Shown: piece by piece, positions 36,206-50,317 of the stretch
Layout: each line of letters starts with the position of its first letter
Position numbering within the stretch: position 1 is the first letter of the stretch
DNA from: Ginglymostoma cirratum
Taxonomy: Eukaryota
Direction: 5' to 3'
Length of the DNA stretch: 64,000 nucleotides
NCBI GenBank assembly: GCA_024137785.1
Contig: JAHRHZ010000048.1
Coordinates: 10,448,168 to 10,512,167, forward strand
Notes under the pieces: model-generated
What the model was told of the DNA's origin: nothing
Seen by the model: only the letters and a program-made list of their open reading frames with translations
Database searches by the model: none
Program-made: the position numbers and the translations under genes

Positions 36206-39200
36206 TTTTATGTTAAACACTAAGGAGGTTTCATAATTCTCCTGTGGTGAAATTAATTATGTGCCAATGTTTTAAGCTTTGCCATTGTGTTATGTTAGAG
36301 TGAAGACCAACAGCGGCAAGAGAGTGTATCTCCTTGATGCCATATTGCACAGCACCGTTTCTATTGATATGAAACTGAAACTGACTTGCAGATACATGTA
36401 CTCTTAGTATATCTCACCTTTTAAACAAAATTGCCTATGTTGTAATGAAGAATCACTGAGTGCAGTTAAGTATGGGGAAGTGTATGGGAAATAACAATGC
36501 AATATGTTGATAAATCAATCAAAATACTTCAGGGAAACTGAGCAATAATTGTTTAATGATTAATCAGTCATTGACTATTGGTCAAGAAGAATTGATTGGG
36601 AAACATAATGATTAGTCTGGGTTTAATATAAACTCACGAAGTCTTTGTTTGTACTAAATACAGTCAGTAACTCTTGATCCAACACAGTGAGGTCTCTTAA
36701 TCTTTATACAGACTGTGGAATGTGAGCATTTCATTGCTTGACCAAGGAAGAAGGAAACTTTCTTTAACACTGCAACAAAAGAGCAATAAATTCTACCTTG
36801 CTCAAAATCATTAATTTTAAACCTTTTGATATTAGAGCTGACCTTGTGTACACGTCTTACTTGACAAGGATCATGCCAAGCAAAAGCTAGACTTCCTGAA
36901 GTGGTGTAACTTTCACATAAACATCAAGCAGAGTCGATGAGAGGGGAAAATGGGGAGTCATCAAAGGGCCGGAAGAGAAATTCTTGTTTTCCTCGAGTGC
37001 TGATTCATAAAATCAACAGACAGTTGTTTTAATAACTGAATTGTGGAGGTTCAGACTTCACTTTGGGGAGTGAAGAACAGTCTCCTCCAGATTTGTGTGC
37101 ACTCTCTCATATTAATTTAAATCCTGTTTCCAACAGCAGCCTCTCGACATATTCATTACCGCACCCATGTGTAGAATTTATCAAAGTGCTGATCAGGAAA
37201 GGTCAAATTTACTTGAGCAATTATTGTGTGCTTCTGAAATAAATAAATGAATGGACAGCTCTCTATACTGAGAAGGAAATCCAAACAATGGATTGGGATT
37301 CTTTTTGCAACACATAAGATCTTATTCTTATTTTCTATCTGAGGAACTCAACAAAATACCTTTCCTGTTGAAGTGACTCGATGTGAGATCTCCTCCCATG
37401 TTTCCTTCAATGCCTCTGGTTCGGAGACCTCTGGCACAACCCAAGATATCTACTTCCCTAATTTGTTTCCCTCACTTGGCATCCACGAATGTCTTTGTGT
37501 GAAGCAGGAGAGTTAAAATTTGGAACCGATTGCAAACTCCTAACTCACAGCTCTTTATTTCTCTTCTGATAATCCTCACCTTGTAAATTTCTCCCCTCCG
37601 TTCTCTTTCTGAATACATTGACTCTCAGTGGAGTGGGCGCCACAGACATCATTCATCTTCCAATCCCTCTCTCGAGTGGTCACTATTCACTAGTAAGCCT
37701 TGAGTGTAAGTGTCTGCTGGTGAAATGACCAGAGAGCTCAACAGTCCTCATCTGTATCCCCATACATCAGCTCCCAGCAGGGGCCACTGGACAGTTATTA
37801 GGAGCTTGAAATCTTGCTAACTCTCCCCACTCGAATCTAGGGCAAGTAGAAAGACACTACTGACACTCTGAAATCAGTTAGCTCAGCATGCAACCTTGGA
37901 TGCTCCTAATCTGGGTGGCTCAGTTACTTGTTGGATAAACTTATTAACCTACCAGGGCAGTTCCCACCATGTCACTCTATGAGGCATTGCATTACAGTTC
38001 AAAAGAACTGGGCATCCTGTTGCCTAATTATAGGGTGTTCAATTACATTTTACTTCCACTACGTGAAAAAGCTGACTGTTTCCTGAAAGAAAAAAGATTT
38101 AGCTCTAATATAGTACAGTTTTCTTATGTTGCGCAATGACTACTAAAACCTCTGAATCAAATGTTAGGCGTTGTAATATTCATTAAACTTCTTAAATTTT
38201 ATTAAGTAATCCAGATTTCTTTGAATTTGTTAAAATTAAGTCATTTCACAATCACAAGAGACAGATGGACAGCTGCTGATGCAAACACAGAGAAGAAAAG
38301 TGATCTCCTGCCCTGTAAATCCAGCAGCAATAGAGTAAAACTGATTAAACGCAAAGGTGAAAATTAACAAGTTTTCCACAGTTCCTCTAGCTGTTTAGCC
38401 CTGTTCATATGTGCCAAACTCTGCATCATATGTTGATTAATTTTACTAATCAACATGATACATTTTTGCCCTCAAATGTTTATTTTTCCTTCTAAAAATG
38501 GCTAGAGCTCCTTAGCCAAAAATAACGCAAAAGTTCAGCAAAGTATAAACACACAGCCCCATCCCTGACCCTCTTCTGTGTGTGCTGAGGTGGTGTTGTT
38601 GGTTTATCTGGGAGAAAATAGGCCATGCTTTCTTTAAGTGAAATGGGATTACTGCTATTGTCTAGTTTACAATGCTGAGGAGAATTAGCAATAGTTGTAG
38701 GCACTTAGTGAAGCTCTCAGGCAGAAGCTTATCCCAGATTTTGCACAATAAACATTTGAATATCAACAGTGTTTTGCAACTCCAGCGCAAATGTATAAAT
38801 TTCTTCCCTTTTGAACTGAAATCCCTTCAAATGGTAGCACACCTTCTATACAAACATCTTGCCACTTTTCTTCTCTTTCTTGCTGTTTTACAAATTGTGA
38901 AACTTGGTGTGTCTATTTCTCTGATATGTTGCTTGACGAAAAAGATAAGTTGTGAATCTTAGAAAAGAAAACCAAAATTCTTATTAAATATTGGCACAAT
39001 GCCGCTCAACAGACGCTACTTTTATTCCCCAGCATTTCACTTTGAGTGAACTTAAGGTTTGTTACAGTTTTAACCTGTTTCTTTTGCCATCTGCAGTGCT
39101 ACTCTTGGCCTTCAACAGCTCGAGTGGTTTCTACAAATTGAGACATAACTTTCATGTCCAGTGTTGTGGTTTGGTTAAAGCAATGCCCATTGAATTTGAT

Positions 39201-42200
39201 ACAATGATCCTGTAGATGAAGTTATCTGTATTACTGAATGGGATGGTGTCAGTGGGAGGGGAGAGACTGGGCCTGGAAAGAATGCTTTTTCTCAAATCCT
39301 GAAGGTCACAGTCCTGCTGCTCTGTGAGGCAAAAGGACACCATTGCACTGGACAAGCACAAGAAAGAAAGCACTGTAAATAGAGAGCATCTAGCAGGAGT
39401 TTTAGTGCTAAGCGACAGCTAATGCATTTTAGAATTTTCTTTCAGAAGGCACCTCTAGGTTATGCTCAATGTGGAACGTTATGAATGAAAAAGTAAGAGT
39501 TCCAACCAATTTTCTGAGAAAGGTTGAGAAATAAGACGCCACCATGTGTCAAAGGTAGGAAAAAAAGAGATAAAGATCAACCTCTCTAATTGTTTATTTC
39601 AAAGCATAAGGCTTTCTTGTAATTTGCAACTAAAGAATTCATATTCTTTTTAACTGTAGCTGAACATGATCATTTTTTTCTGCCTGTAACTGAGCCGTTC
39701 TTTAATGTTGTAGCAACCTCCCAGGACTGAACAGCCGATAGTACAACATGGAGCACTCTGCCAACAGTATCACTGATTTCTTTCAATTGATAACGGCACC
39801 TCTCCTGATTTGACAGGCATCAGACACACTGAGGGTTTAATATATTTTTTCATGTCAGTGCCTGTTTACACAGAGCAGGTCAACAAAAGGACTGCTCCTA
39901 TCTCTCAGAATATGTGATTAATGTTTGAACTGAGCCTGACAATACATTTCTTGGATGTCAGGAAATGCTACTCAAATGTTTAATCTGTTTCAAACCGCTG
40001 AGTTTTTAAGAAATTATTTTAAAGGATGTTTAGTATATAAGGTAGGTAGGAAAATCAATGCTATTGTCATTTATTCTCCTTTTTCGTCAAACCTTCTTTG
40101 AAGATCAAACATGAGCAAACAAATTAAACCCTCTGCCATTCAGGCTACTGTATCCACCACAGTGCATTGGTTTGGCAATAGTTTCATGAAGTTTTCTGAT
40201 TATAAGACTTTATGTATTTTGATAAACTTCTAAATTAGTAGGGCCTGCGTACCCTTGTTCAAATCGTTCAAATTGGCTTCAGATGCTGATACTTTATATA
40301 AGCTGATCAATAAATCATTAAAAATGAGGCACAGAAGCAGACTGAAGAATTTGCACTACTTAATGAAACCTTTCATTTCTACATGCCTCTTCTTCTAACG
40401 GAAGTGTGTCTGTTTTTAAATGTTACAATCACAGCAATAGTTTTGGATTTAAATTGTGAAATCAAATTGCTTAATTAGTTAGAATTGATTCATTGATAAA
40501 ACAATGAAAATCATTGGGAGATCATAAACTATTTTGCATCAATGTAGGTCAACATTTGAAATATAATCCTAAGGAGTGATATGTTCCCTTTTTCTTGACT
40601 TTCAAATCATAGTTTGAACTAAGAAACAGCTGAATGTGTGAAAAGCAAAAGCTATTCAATCTCCTTAGAGAAAACCCAAATATTCTCTGTGAAATAAAAA
40701 ACATTTTAACTGGATTTTATAGCTAAAAATGTTTTTGAGGGAGTATGCTCATTTTATGGACACTGTGATCACTTTTCCAACAATAAGTCCTCAATGTTGT
40801 GTTTTATTTATGTTCTTTCTGTCAGCAAGAAAATCATAAAAATATTACAGAGAGCTCAGAAATGGAACCATACTCTCTCCAAATGAAATTTTGTTTCTTT
40901 AAGTTGTAATCAGCAGCATCAATATATGAAATCAATCAAATAATTCAAAACACAATTTAGCGTTCAGCATTATGAAACAATTTATATGTTTCATTCATTT
41001 CATTTATAATTGTCTTTAACATTTGATTTAAACAATTTTGAGTAACAGTTAATGTTAAGATCTGCTTCTGTGCAAATTATTAGGCAGAGCATTAATATAT
41101 CTCATTTTTGATTTCCACTCTTGTCTCACAATTGTTGAATAACTATTTTTGCTTCTTTTAAACACTTTAATCTGGTGTAAGCATTGCAGTGTGTCAAGAA
41201 AGAATTCCAAATATTTAATTTTGGCTTTTATGTAAAGATAAGCTTGAAGCACATCTAATAAAATAGCTTTTCTGTGCACAAATATGTTTGCTGCCTTCTT
41301 TAGGCATTAAGGTGAGATATACTTAAATTTTTGTTCTAGTGAAAACTTAAGGAATGAACATTCAGCACGAAGCCATTTTTTTAACTTCAGTCCATTAAGT
41401 TAATTGTAATTTACATAAATGTCAACAAATTAGCACTGGCTTGCTGAGCAAACTTTCAACACTACGCTCTGCATAGTCATTTCACTTTCGTCGATATCAT
41501 CCTTAGCAAACCTCTGAAAGAAATCACTCTGAAATTAAATGCCTTAAGTGCTAAAAATATTCTACAGAGGACTACAATTAGCTTAAGTGCCTTTATGAAA
41601 AAAGAATTTATGATTTCCAATGAAAATCATGTTTATTTTCTTATTTGAAGGCAGATCATGGATTGCTCAAATTTTATTTATAATCGCTTGTAATGTATTA
41701 AAGAAAATTAATTTAATAGGTCATTTCAAGTTTTTCTTCAGCTTTCTTAGTTTTTCCAGCTTGTTCTTTTTAAAGTAGTTGAAGCATAGTCAGGTTTAAG
41801 TTTCTTCCTTGTTTACCTTATTAACTGACAGATGGTTAACTTTTGACAGCTAATTTAATCAGTTAATGATTATTTGAATACTTAGTTTAATGTTTATCTT
41901 TAAATTTGTACGCTAGAAGATTAGGCTATACTCCATATATTAAAAATATATTGGAATTTTCTGTATACATTTTACTGTATAAAATACCTGCCAAGAAGGA
42001 CAATAGAGATGTACCCATGAGATGTGATCAGATTTCCTCTGTATTAATTAAATCTTGACAAGAAGATGTTGGATAATCTACAACATTTGGCATCCTATTT
42101 TTAAGTTTCTGTCATTTTAGTATGATGGTCTAATAAGAACTAAACTATGATTGCAGACCAGAGTGAAAACACTAAACCAGTTAAATAAGATGGACTCAGT

Positions 42201-45059
42201 GTTAATCTTATTGCACCTTACTAACATTTTGTATGACTCAACTGAAAGAAACAGCAAATTTATGAGATTATTTATGCATGATGCATTGCTTTGAAGTAAG
42301 TTCCGCACATTGTTTTTCAACTGTGCAGATAAACAAATATTAAAAATTAATATTTCCATTTTCACTTCTAATTTAGTTATGTTTGTACTGAACGAAAGAT
42401 ACAAAAAATGTGTTGACATATATGTGGATTTCATAAAACCTCAAGTTAGAACACTATATAATACACTTACTTAAGTTTTAATATGTGGTTTGGATAGTTC
42501 ATAAAACATAAATTATTAACTAAAATAGTATGAACAGCTTTAATTTTGTTCAAAAGGAGCAAACGCAAAACTATTTTTTTACCTATAGTGGTAATCACTG
42601 CACTATGCCAAATTAAATAACAATTTCATGTTACATCAATGATTCAGAGTCTTCAACGTAATCTATTCACAGTATTCCAGGACTTTATGCCATGCTACTC
42701 ATGCAATCAGTTTGCAAGATAGCTTCCTAATTTCGAATTGCTAGGAGTGTTGAGTATCACAAAGGTTTAAGGAAGAATGGGGTGACTTAATTTGTGTCGG
42801 GAGGGTTTTTCTTCAATTCTTTCGCAACATTTTCAGATGTAGTTAAAATTAAAGTTTTTTTCAGAACTGACTGAGAAACATCAACAATCCTTTGGTGCCC
42901 ATCCCTGTGATAGTGTCCATTTCCAATCTGACATGAATGTGCAGTGATCACCTATGGAGCAAAACATAACTTACATAAAATTTCAAAAGTAAATCTGATC
43001 TCACATCAACAGTTCATACATTAACATTAACTAACATTTAACAAGTCACAATATCCTTTCTGGAACTGACCAGTTAAATAAGACCTGCCTTTGACCACAG
43101 TTCTCTTCAGGTTATATGATATGGTATAATCCCGACATTATTGCTACAAAAGTTAATGTTACAGTCAACACACAATTTTTAGGATGTTTATAATATAGAA
43201 AAAGACAAATAAGATACTATAACTCCTCAAACTTAAATTATTGGTGGAACATTTTTATAAAGTGCTCCAAAAGTTTACAAAGAAAATGCTTAGATTAAAT
43301 TATCTATCAATTGTTTCAGACAAACACAAATATGTTGACAATTTAAGCTGAGCATACATATGGGGGCTAAAATGTCATCCGATCACAATTATTCTAATGC
43401 AGCTCATTTTTGGAACTGCAAATGATTTGTTCATAAGTTCCTTGTTTTCAAGATTTTTTCCATACACAATCTGCTATGATAAATATTGTACACTTTATTT
43501 AAGTATCAATTAAATATTTCTCACTAGTTTATTAGATCTCTATTGATTACAATAGAAGAAGGAATTTAACTTGCTGCCACTTTATATCATACATAAAATA
43601 TTGTCCAACAACAGTGTTAACATCAAATCAATGTAATTGATAACTGAAACATATGTAATTATATTACACTGAAAACACTATATTTAAAATAGAAATGTGA
43701 ATTCTCTCTGATGGTTGCTCACCAATTGTGACCACTTTACTGAATTGTGTGATAACCACTTTCAGTAGGACTCACTTGGAAAGAGTTTAATAAGAGTTAT
43801 TGTGAATAACCCTTGAACAACGAGTAAAGGGAAAGAATCCTTTCTTCTGCTTTTGGCCCTTTATTTACAGCGAAGGAAAACCTGTACCGGGGAGTGAATG
43901 AAATTTAAAAACATTGAATAAGACCTCCAATTTATTTGTCTATTTCATATGTTTTATTTACATAATATATGTATGAATTTCTGTGTGTGATTTAAGTAAA
44001 CATCACAGTTACGTACATTTATAATTCTACTTTCAACAGATGAAGTTGGATAAAACATATCAAAATCATGGAGACTTGAAGAAAATGTTAAATAGCGTCT
44101 ACATATAATGTTTAAACAACAATGTTTCACTAACATTTTTATTAACGAAGAAGAGTTTTACACCTAGAAATATTTTACAGCAAACAACAGTGAGATTTAT
44201 TGACAAATTGTCTTTCATCGGTTTGCCTGCAGTGTGCCTGCTTCATGGGCCAATTGCATTGAGTTGAGGACTGTGGTGAGCAGATAGATAGAAGCTTAAG
44301 TCAAATGTGATCTGATGAGCAAGTTAAGCCGAGTATATCCCCCCCCCACGACAAAATTAAAAGCCTTTGCCGCAATTTTTGTCCTAATCGCATACGTGAT
44401 GCCATAATTGGTGATTGCCTTTAAAAAAAACCTACAGCTGCTGCTTGCAGTTCTCTGTCTGTCAGTGAGCAGCAGGCCATTTTATTTGATTTTTTTGAAA
44501 GGAAGTTCATGTTGGACAGCTGCATTCTGTTCCCCTCAACCCCTGTCACAAATGTTCTGCATAAATGTAAGTGATATGATGACTGGACATGGTGTCTCTT
44601 ATAATCATTGGTAATGATTATCTGGTTTTTGTGTAATGTGACACATGTGCAGTGAACGAGGCATAGGCAACATCTGGCATGGATTCAGCAATCTGAGGGG
44701 TTGGAGTCATTTGAATATGCATAGGGATTTGTTATTTTGCCTGCTTAGTGCCAGCTCGCCTAAGTCACAGCACAGCCCTGTGTTTGTATGAAGTATGAAA
44801 CAGGCCCATAAAGCTCCATTAAAGCTTGTTAAGCATTTTACCCATCGCTCCCTGTCTTAATGTCAGGCATATTCCTTATTTTACAGTTTCATCATTCAGA
44901 GTAAGCTTTACCAATGACCAGGCATCATTGCAGTCCTCTGACATTGGTCATATTGCTGACATGATCAGTATGAGAAGACAGCATTGTGGACCCCTGATCT
45001 GGTTGCTGACTGTCTCTGGTATTAGCTAACCCTGCCTCTTCTTTAACAGCAGAGACCGA

Positions 45060-45098
45060 ACATACACATATACATGTATCCATACATATACATATATA
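45060..45098. repeat. Imperfect (CATA)n microsatellite
   Basis: catacacatatacatgtatccatacatatacatatata. Confidence 0.6.
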
Positions 45099-46699
45099 AT
45101 CTGTTGTGCAGTGATGTGAAAGCTCTTTTAATCTTATTTGCTCTGCTGTATCCATTGCATTTCTAAAATATCTGAGGGAAGCTCTGACCTAAAGGTGTTA
45201 CAGCCATTTAAACTAGAGATCCTATGCTGTGCCCTTCATACTGCTGCTGGCTGAGTCTTTCACTAGGCCCAAGTGACAGAATTGACAATTTGGCAAGGCC
45301 CCAAATAAATGCAGATCTGGAAGAAAAACGTGTCTTGCAAATGTCATGTATGTCCTTGTGATCTGAAATTTTTGCAAGCAAAGATGGTAAAAAAGAGAAT
45401 GAATGTAGAAAGGGACAAATTTTAGTGAGGGATATAGAGCAAGAAGCAAACTATCAAACACCCCCGAAAAAAGTGTGGGGGGTGTGCAGTAGAATTAAGA
45501 GATGGGAGAAACTGTGACAGACACTTGAGAATATTGGATAGCTTTTATTTTAGGAAGTTTTTACACTCAACGACAATCTGGGACTGACCCACATTCAACA
45601 GCCACGATAGAAACTTCTAGAAAAGTATATTTCTTGTGGAAGGGAGATTGTTGTGACTGTGGTTTCTCATTTTTTTAATCATGGAAAGCCCTTTGTCAAT
45701 TGAGAACAAATGCATATGTGTCAGTTCTCCCAAATGATGTCATCAGCTTCACATGTTAGTCATAAATGAATGTCACTTTTGAGCTGTTTTCTGGCCCTTG
45801 GTTACTGACTGCAGTTCAGACTGAATCACTGTGAACTCTGATTGACCTATGGCCTCTATTGGTTGTTCAAAGTGTTGTTGCGAGAAAAAAACTATGATGG
45901 TTAATTCCATGTAACTTCAGAAGACGTTAAGGACTATTAGAGAGCTTACAGGGTGAAATGGATCGATTTATCTCCCCTAACCCACTTCAAAAGTACAAAT
46001 TCATCGCAAGATTGAGTTAAAGTGCTAGTTAAATGAATTAAAACATTTCCAAGAATAAACAGCACAGCTACGTAAATAATAAACAAGTTTCTGCTGTAAA
46101 GAATTGTATCTCTTCTTTTTAGAAATGATTACACGTATCTCATAGTTCCTGAATAATCATCTGCGCTCTTACCAAGCAGCATATCTTCCAACATCTCATA
46201 AAAAAAATCTGTTGGTACTTATTATAAAATTTAGATACTTCAACAATTTGCAAATTTGAGGTTTACTGGAGCAGACTAACTGGAACAACTAGTACCTAAC
46301 TGTGGTGAATAATGATGAGAAAGGTTGAGAATGTGCTTGAATTCTAGGCAAAAAAGTGTAGCCTCCTCTGTAACAGCCCTCCTCAGAGATTCAAAATCAG
46401 TTTATGTCCAGCCTCTGGTGGTTTTGTGGTTGGTATTCATTCAATGGGTCTAGTCAGTGATGATATTCAATATTGGTCTATATTCCCAGTGCTCACTGTA
46501 GAGTTGTGATTTTTGAAGTCTGAGCCTGGAAAACACAATTATCTTTCACCTCTTTGATCATTGTGTTATGCATTATAGCCAGCAGTTTAGAATTTTGCAC
46601 AACCTGCAAAGGATAAAAAATGATATGTTTAGTCTCATTGAAAATAACAAGATGAGATGTAGAACCAAGCCAAAACTGTCAGGGCAAAAGTCTTATATA

Positions 46700-46832
46700 A
46701 AATCCAAAAAAAGTTGCGGATGCTGTAAATCAGAAACAAAAGCAGAAATTGTTGGAAAAGCTCAGCAGGTCTGGGACCATCTGTAGAAAGACATCAGTAT
46801 TAATGTTTCAGGTCCAGTGACCCTTCCTCAGG
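46700..46832 (-). mobile_element. Solo PLE 3' tail beginning at a hammerhead-like motif
   Basis: Minus strand reads CUGAGGA-A-GGGUC(ACUG)GACCU-GAAA-CA-UU, then the tail homologous to 21480-21550 and 35410-35480. Confidence 0.75.
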
Positions 46833-48285
46833 ACAAAAGACTTTCCTTTTGTGATGACTGTAAAGAATCTTAAACAATTTTCGTTTGGATAGTTTGACTC
46901 AGTGCTTTAACGAACATTCTTCCAAAATGTAATGTAACAATACAATTGGTAATTTTCGCAAAACATGATCTGTGAAGATGTGTAGTGTGCGGAGCAAAGC
47001 AATGCTTCACTGATGCACTGAATAATGTCCTTCTGAAGACTAGGTTAAAGTACAGTGTAGAAAGAGCTTTTGCATTGCACCTAAACTAGTAGGCTTGGTC
47101 AGGAGGTTCTTGATGCTGACACTAAATGCAAAAGGTGGAAAATCCTCCATTCTCCAGCATTGCAATCTTTTATTTTGATGTGATTAATTTAGCTGCTAGT
47201 GAGGGAGCTGATTTCTCTTTTTTAAATAAAACATTAGCCTCGGCCATTCTGCTTTTTCAAGTGAACAGGTTTGGTGGAGATTTCTGCGACAAAACAAAGA
47301 ATCATTTTCGGGCTGAAATGGTAAACTTCCAGAATGGTGATCTGAACTCCCAGGTAGATAATAAATAAGTTGTTGGCTTAAGTAATTTTTGTATACCAAC
47401 GATAAATCATTAGGGTTTTCAGCAGCATCAAATTCTCAGGACTAAAAGGTTAATAGATTTTATTCCATTCTTTTTAGCTAAGATTTATGTAACAAAACAG
47501 AGGCACTGTCCATCTGCACAAAATAGATATATTACATTTAACAACTGTGTGTCATTGTTAATGGCCTTTTGCTGAATTTTAATCTGGCTATTTTTTGCAG
47601 CTCCCAACATTTACAAAAGGTCCAGGTTCTGTAATATTAGAAAATTAATTTCTTTGGTAAAGTTAAAATGATTCACTCTGCAACAAATGTTGCCATATTA
47701 ATAACAGTATTCATTAGAAAACACCAATGCTTTTAATTCTTGAATTTGTAATCCTTTTGGGTCTTTTGTCAAGCTATTTCTAATAGTACTGAACAAAGGA
47801 TATACTTGTTTCCAAGAACTTTGAGTCTACAGAAAACCCACACATGCTGACTGCTATTTGCATTTCCGATCACCACCCCACATTAAAGACTGAGATCATC
47901 AACTCACTGGTGGACAGAGTGCTTTTTTTCAGGGGATGTAAACCTGTTAGTGAAGCAGGGGCTGCAAAAAATCCGGGAGATTTGTGGGATCACACTTAAT
48001 CTGAGGAGCAGATTTATTTACCTTTATCAAAATGAAATTGTGTTACCAGCCTAATAAAGCTCACTTTGGACACGTGTTTGGGTGAGAGTGGACTTGATCA
48101 AAGCCATGTATGACAGGAGATACTGCTTTAGCTTACTATACCACACACCAGACTTCAACATTGACTGAAGTCAACGGAACTGAATGGGAAGCAGAATGTA
48201 TGATGGGTGACTGATGAAATCCCACCCATTTAACATCCAGACAGGTCCAAATTTAAACCCATGCTTCCTCCGGTTTAGAGCTAGC

Positions 48286-48430
48286 AAGAACTGCAGATGC
48301 TGGAGTCAGAGTCGATACAGTGTGGAGCTGGAAGAACACAGCAGGTGAGGCAGCATCAGAGGAGCAGGAAAGTCAATGTTTCAGGTCTAGAAACCTGACT
48401 TGCTGTGTTTCTCCAGCTCCACACTGTATC
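48286..48430. mobile_element. Palindromic PLE-tail mini-element with central deletion
   Basis: Same family as 12199-12403; gatacagtgtggagctggaagaacacagcaggtgagg pairs with cctgacttgctgtgtttctccagctccacactgtatc. Confidence 0.75.
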
Positions 48431-48819
48431 AATTTCTTCCAATTTGGGGTTCTTTTTATATTTGTTACACCACAAAGTATCATAAGGGAGGGATTAGAAG
48501 TCAAACTTGACTCTGCCATATGCCACAGAGCCACTGTGGAAGAATATTTTTTTTTGTTATTTTGGGTAAGGCTTCCATTCTTGTTTGACCTAAGTTTATA
48601 GTAACAGTATTACAAAGTTAATTCAGCTGATTCCTTGCTTAATAGTAAGCAAGTGCCAAAAACCAGTAAACCTAGTTACTGGAAAGTTTGTTCAGGGAGA
48701 AACATCAATTTAATTTTTGGAAGTGCTAGTTATATGTGTCTATATTGTATTCTTTACCAGTCTTTTAGGTTTCAGGTCATGCAGACAACAAAAAGGTAAA
48801 TAATACTCTGGGTTTTACA

Positions 48820-49165
48820 CTAGTTTAATCTCATTTGTCAACACTTTGCCCATAGCCTTGTATGCCTTGACTTTGCATGTACGCACCTAAGTATTTCCTA
48901 AATGTTATAAGAGTTCAGGCTCTACCACCTTTACAAGCAGTCAGTTCCAGAGTCCCACCACTCTCTGAGTGAAAACCTTTCTCATCACATCCCATCTAAA
49001 TCTCCTATCCATTGCCTTAAATTTGTGCCCCCGGTCATTGATCCCTCTGCCAAGTGCAAAGTACCTTCTTCTCTCTCCTATCTATGTTCCTCATAATTTT
49101 ATACATCTCAATCATGTCCCCTCTTAGTCTTCTCTGCTCCAAAACCAAAACTCAGATTATCCAAT
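48820..49165 (-). mobile_element. CR1 LINE 3' fragment
   Basis: Minus strand LEQRRLRGDMIEMYKIMRNIDR..TGGTNL..FSLRVVGLWN*L. Confidence 0.8.
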
Positions 49166-49651
49166 CTCTCATCACATCAAGGGATTGTAGACCCATAAGA
49201 AGAACACAATTAAGACTCATTAGAATGATTCACGAGTTAAAAGCGAAAGTTGGAAGAAAATTTTGAGAAATTGATATACTTCTCAGAGGAGGAAAAGTAA
49301 TGTGGATATTACGCAAGTTGGTGAGAAGTTTAAATAGTAAAACATTGCTATTGCTGGCTGACCTGCCACTCATTGATTGAAGATCACCATGACGACAACG
49401 GAAAGAAAGGCTGAAGAAACTTCATCAGACAGTTATCAGAACATGAAGCAGTGTACCATGACTGGCTTTTGAGACAGACTAAACTGAATGAAGTCAGCAC
49501 ATAAAACAATGAAAGGAAATGGGAGCAGGAAGCTCTGATTAAAGAGCTTGATGCCGCATAGACATAATTGACTAAGTGATATTCTTTGGTGTTTTATATT
49601 AGAATTTATGATTTCTATCATGCTAAAAACCCAAGCAGGCAAAAGTTATAT

Positions 49652-49754
49652 CTTGTAGCCCAGTGGTAGTGTCCCCATCTTTGGACCAGAAGGCCTGGAT
49701 TCAAGTCCCACCTGTTCCAGATGTGTCATAATACATCTGAACAGGTTGATTAAA
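49652..49754 (+). mobile_element. Short (about 100 bp) tRNA-derived repeat, monomer
   Basis: A-box TAGCCCAGTGG, B-box GGATTCAAGTCC, short body ending tgaacaggttgattaaaa. Confidence 0.65.
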
Positions 49755-50317
49755 AGGAATCTATAAACTGTTCAGGTCACATAACAAATGTACTGCTCAT
49801 GTGGGCAATGTGTTAATTGTTACCTTTAGTGTTTAATTGGGCGATTGGTAGTGGGTTTTTTTTAAAAGAGCTGGATTCTTCCTCAATAGGGAATTGGCTT
49901 CTGGACAATATAAGAGTGAAGAAGTGAAAGGTGGAAATTAGTATCCTTGCTGAACTATAAATTTACAATAAAACCTTTGTAAATCTCTGAAAGTCTTTTA
50001 CTGTCTAATTCATGGCATTCAGCCTGTTAAACTAAGTTTACATCTTCATTGCAAGTTACAGCATAACTGTAAGGTTAAGTTCTGATCAAACAGGACAAAG
50101 CATTGGAGATTCCTTTGGTACGCTCACCTCATACCAATTGGACTTGGCATTTAAGTGAAGCGTACCCTTGGTGTGGGAAAGGGATTACTAGCCTTGGAGA
50201 ATCTGCTGCAAATGTTTTCAAGAATGATACCATGATTACAAGGGTTAATGATGAATACAAGCTGTATGGTGAGATCTGTCCTCCTTGGCCATACAATATT
50301 AAAGAAAAAGAGTAAGA

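Noticed and set aside
39814-39864. Possible miRNA-like hairpin
   Set aside because: Stem is short and mismatched with a large AT-rich loop; no recognisable mature miRNA.
49652-49730. Possible functional tRNA gene
   Set aside because: A and B boxes are present but I cannot fold a full cloverleaf, and diverged copies at 54108-54326 indicate a SINE-like repeat.
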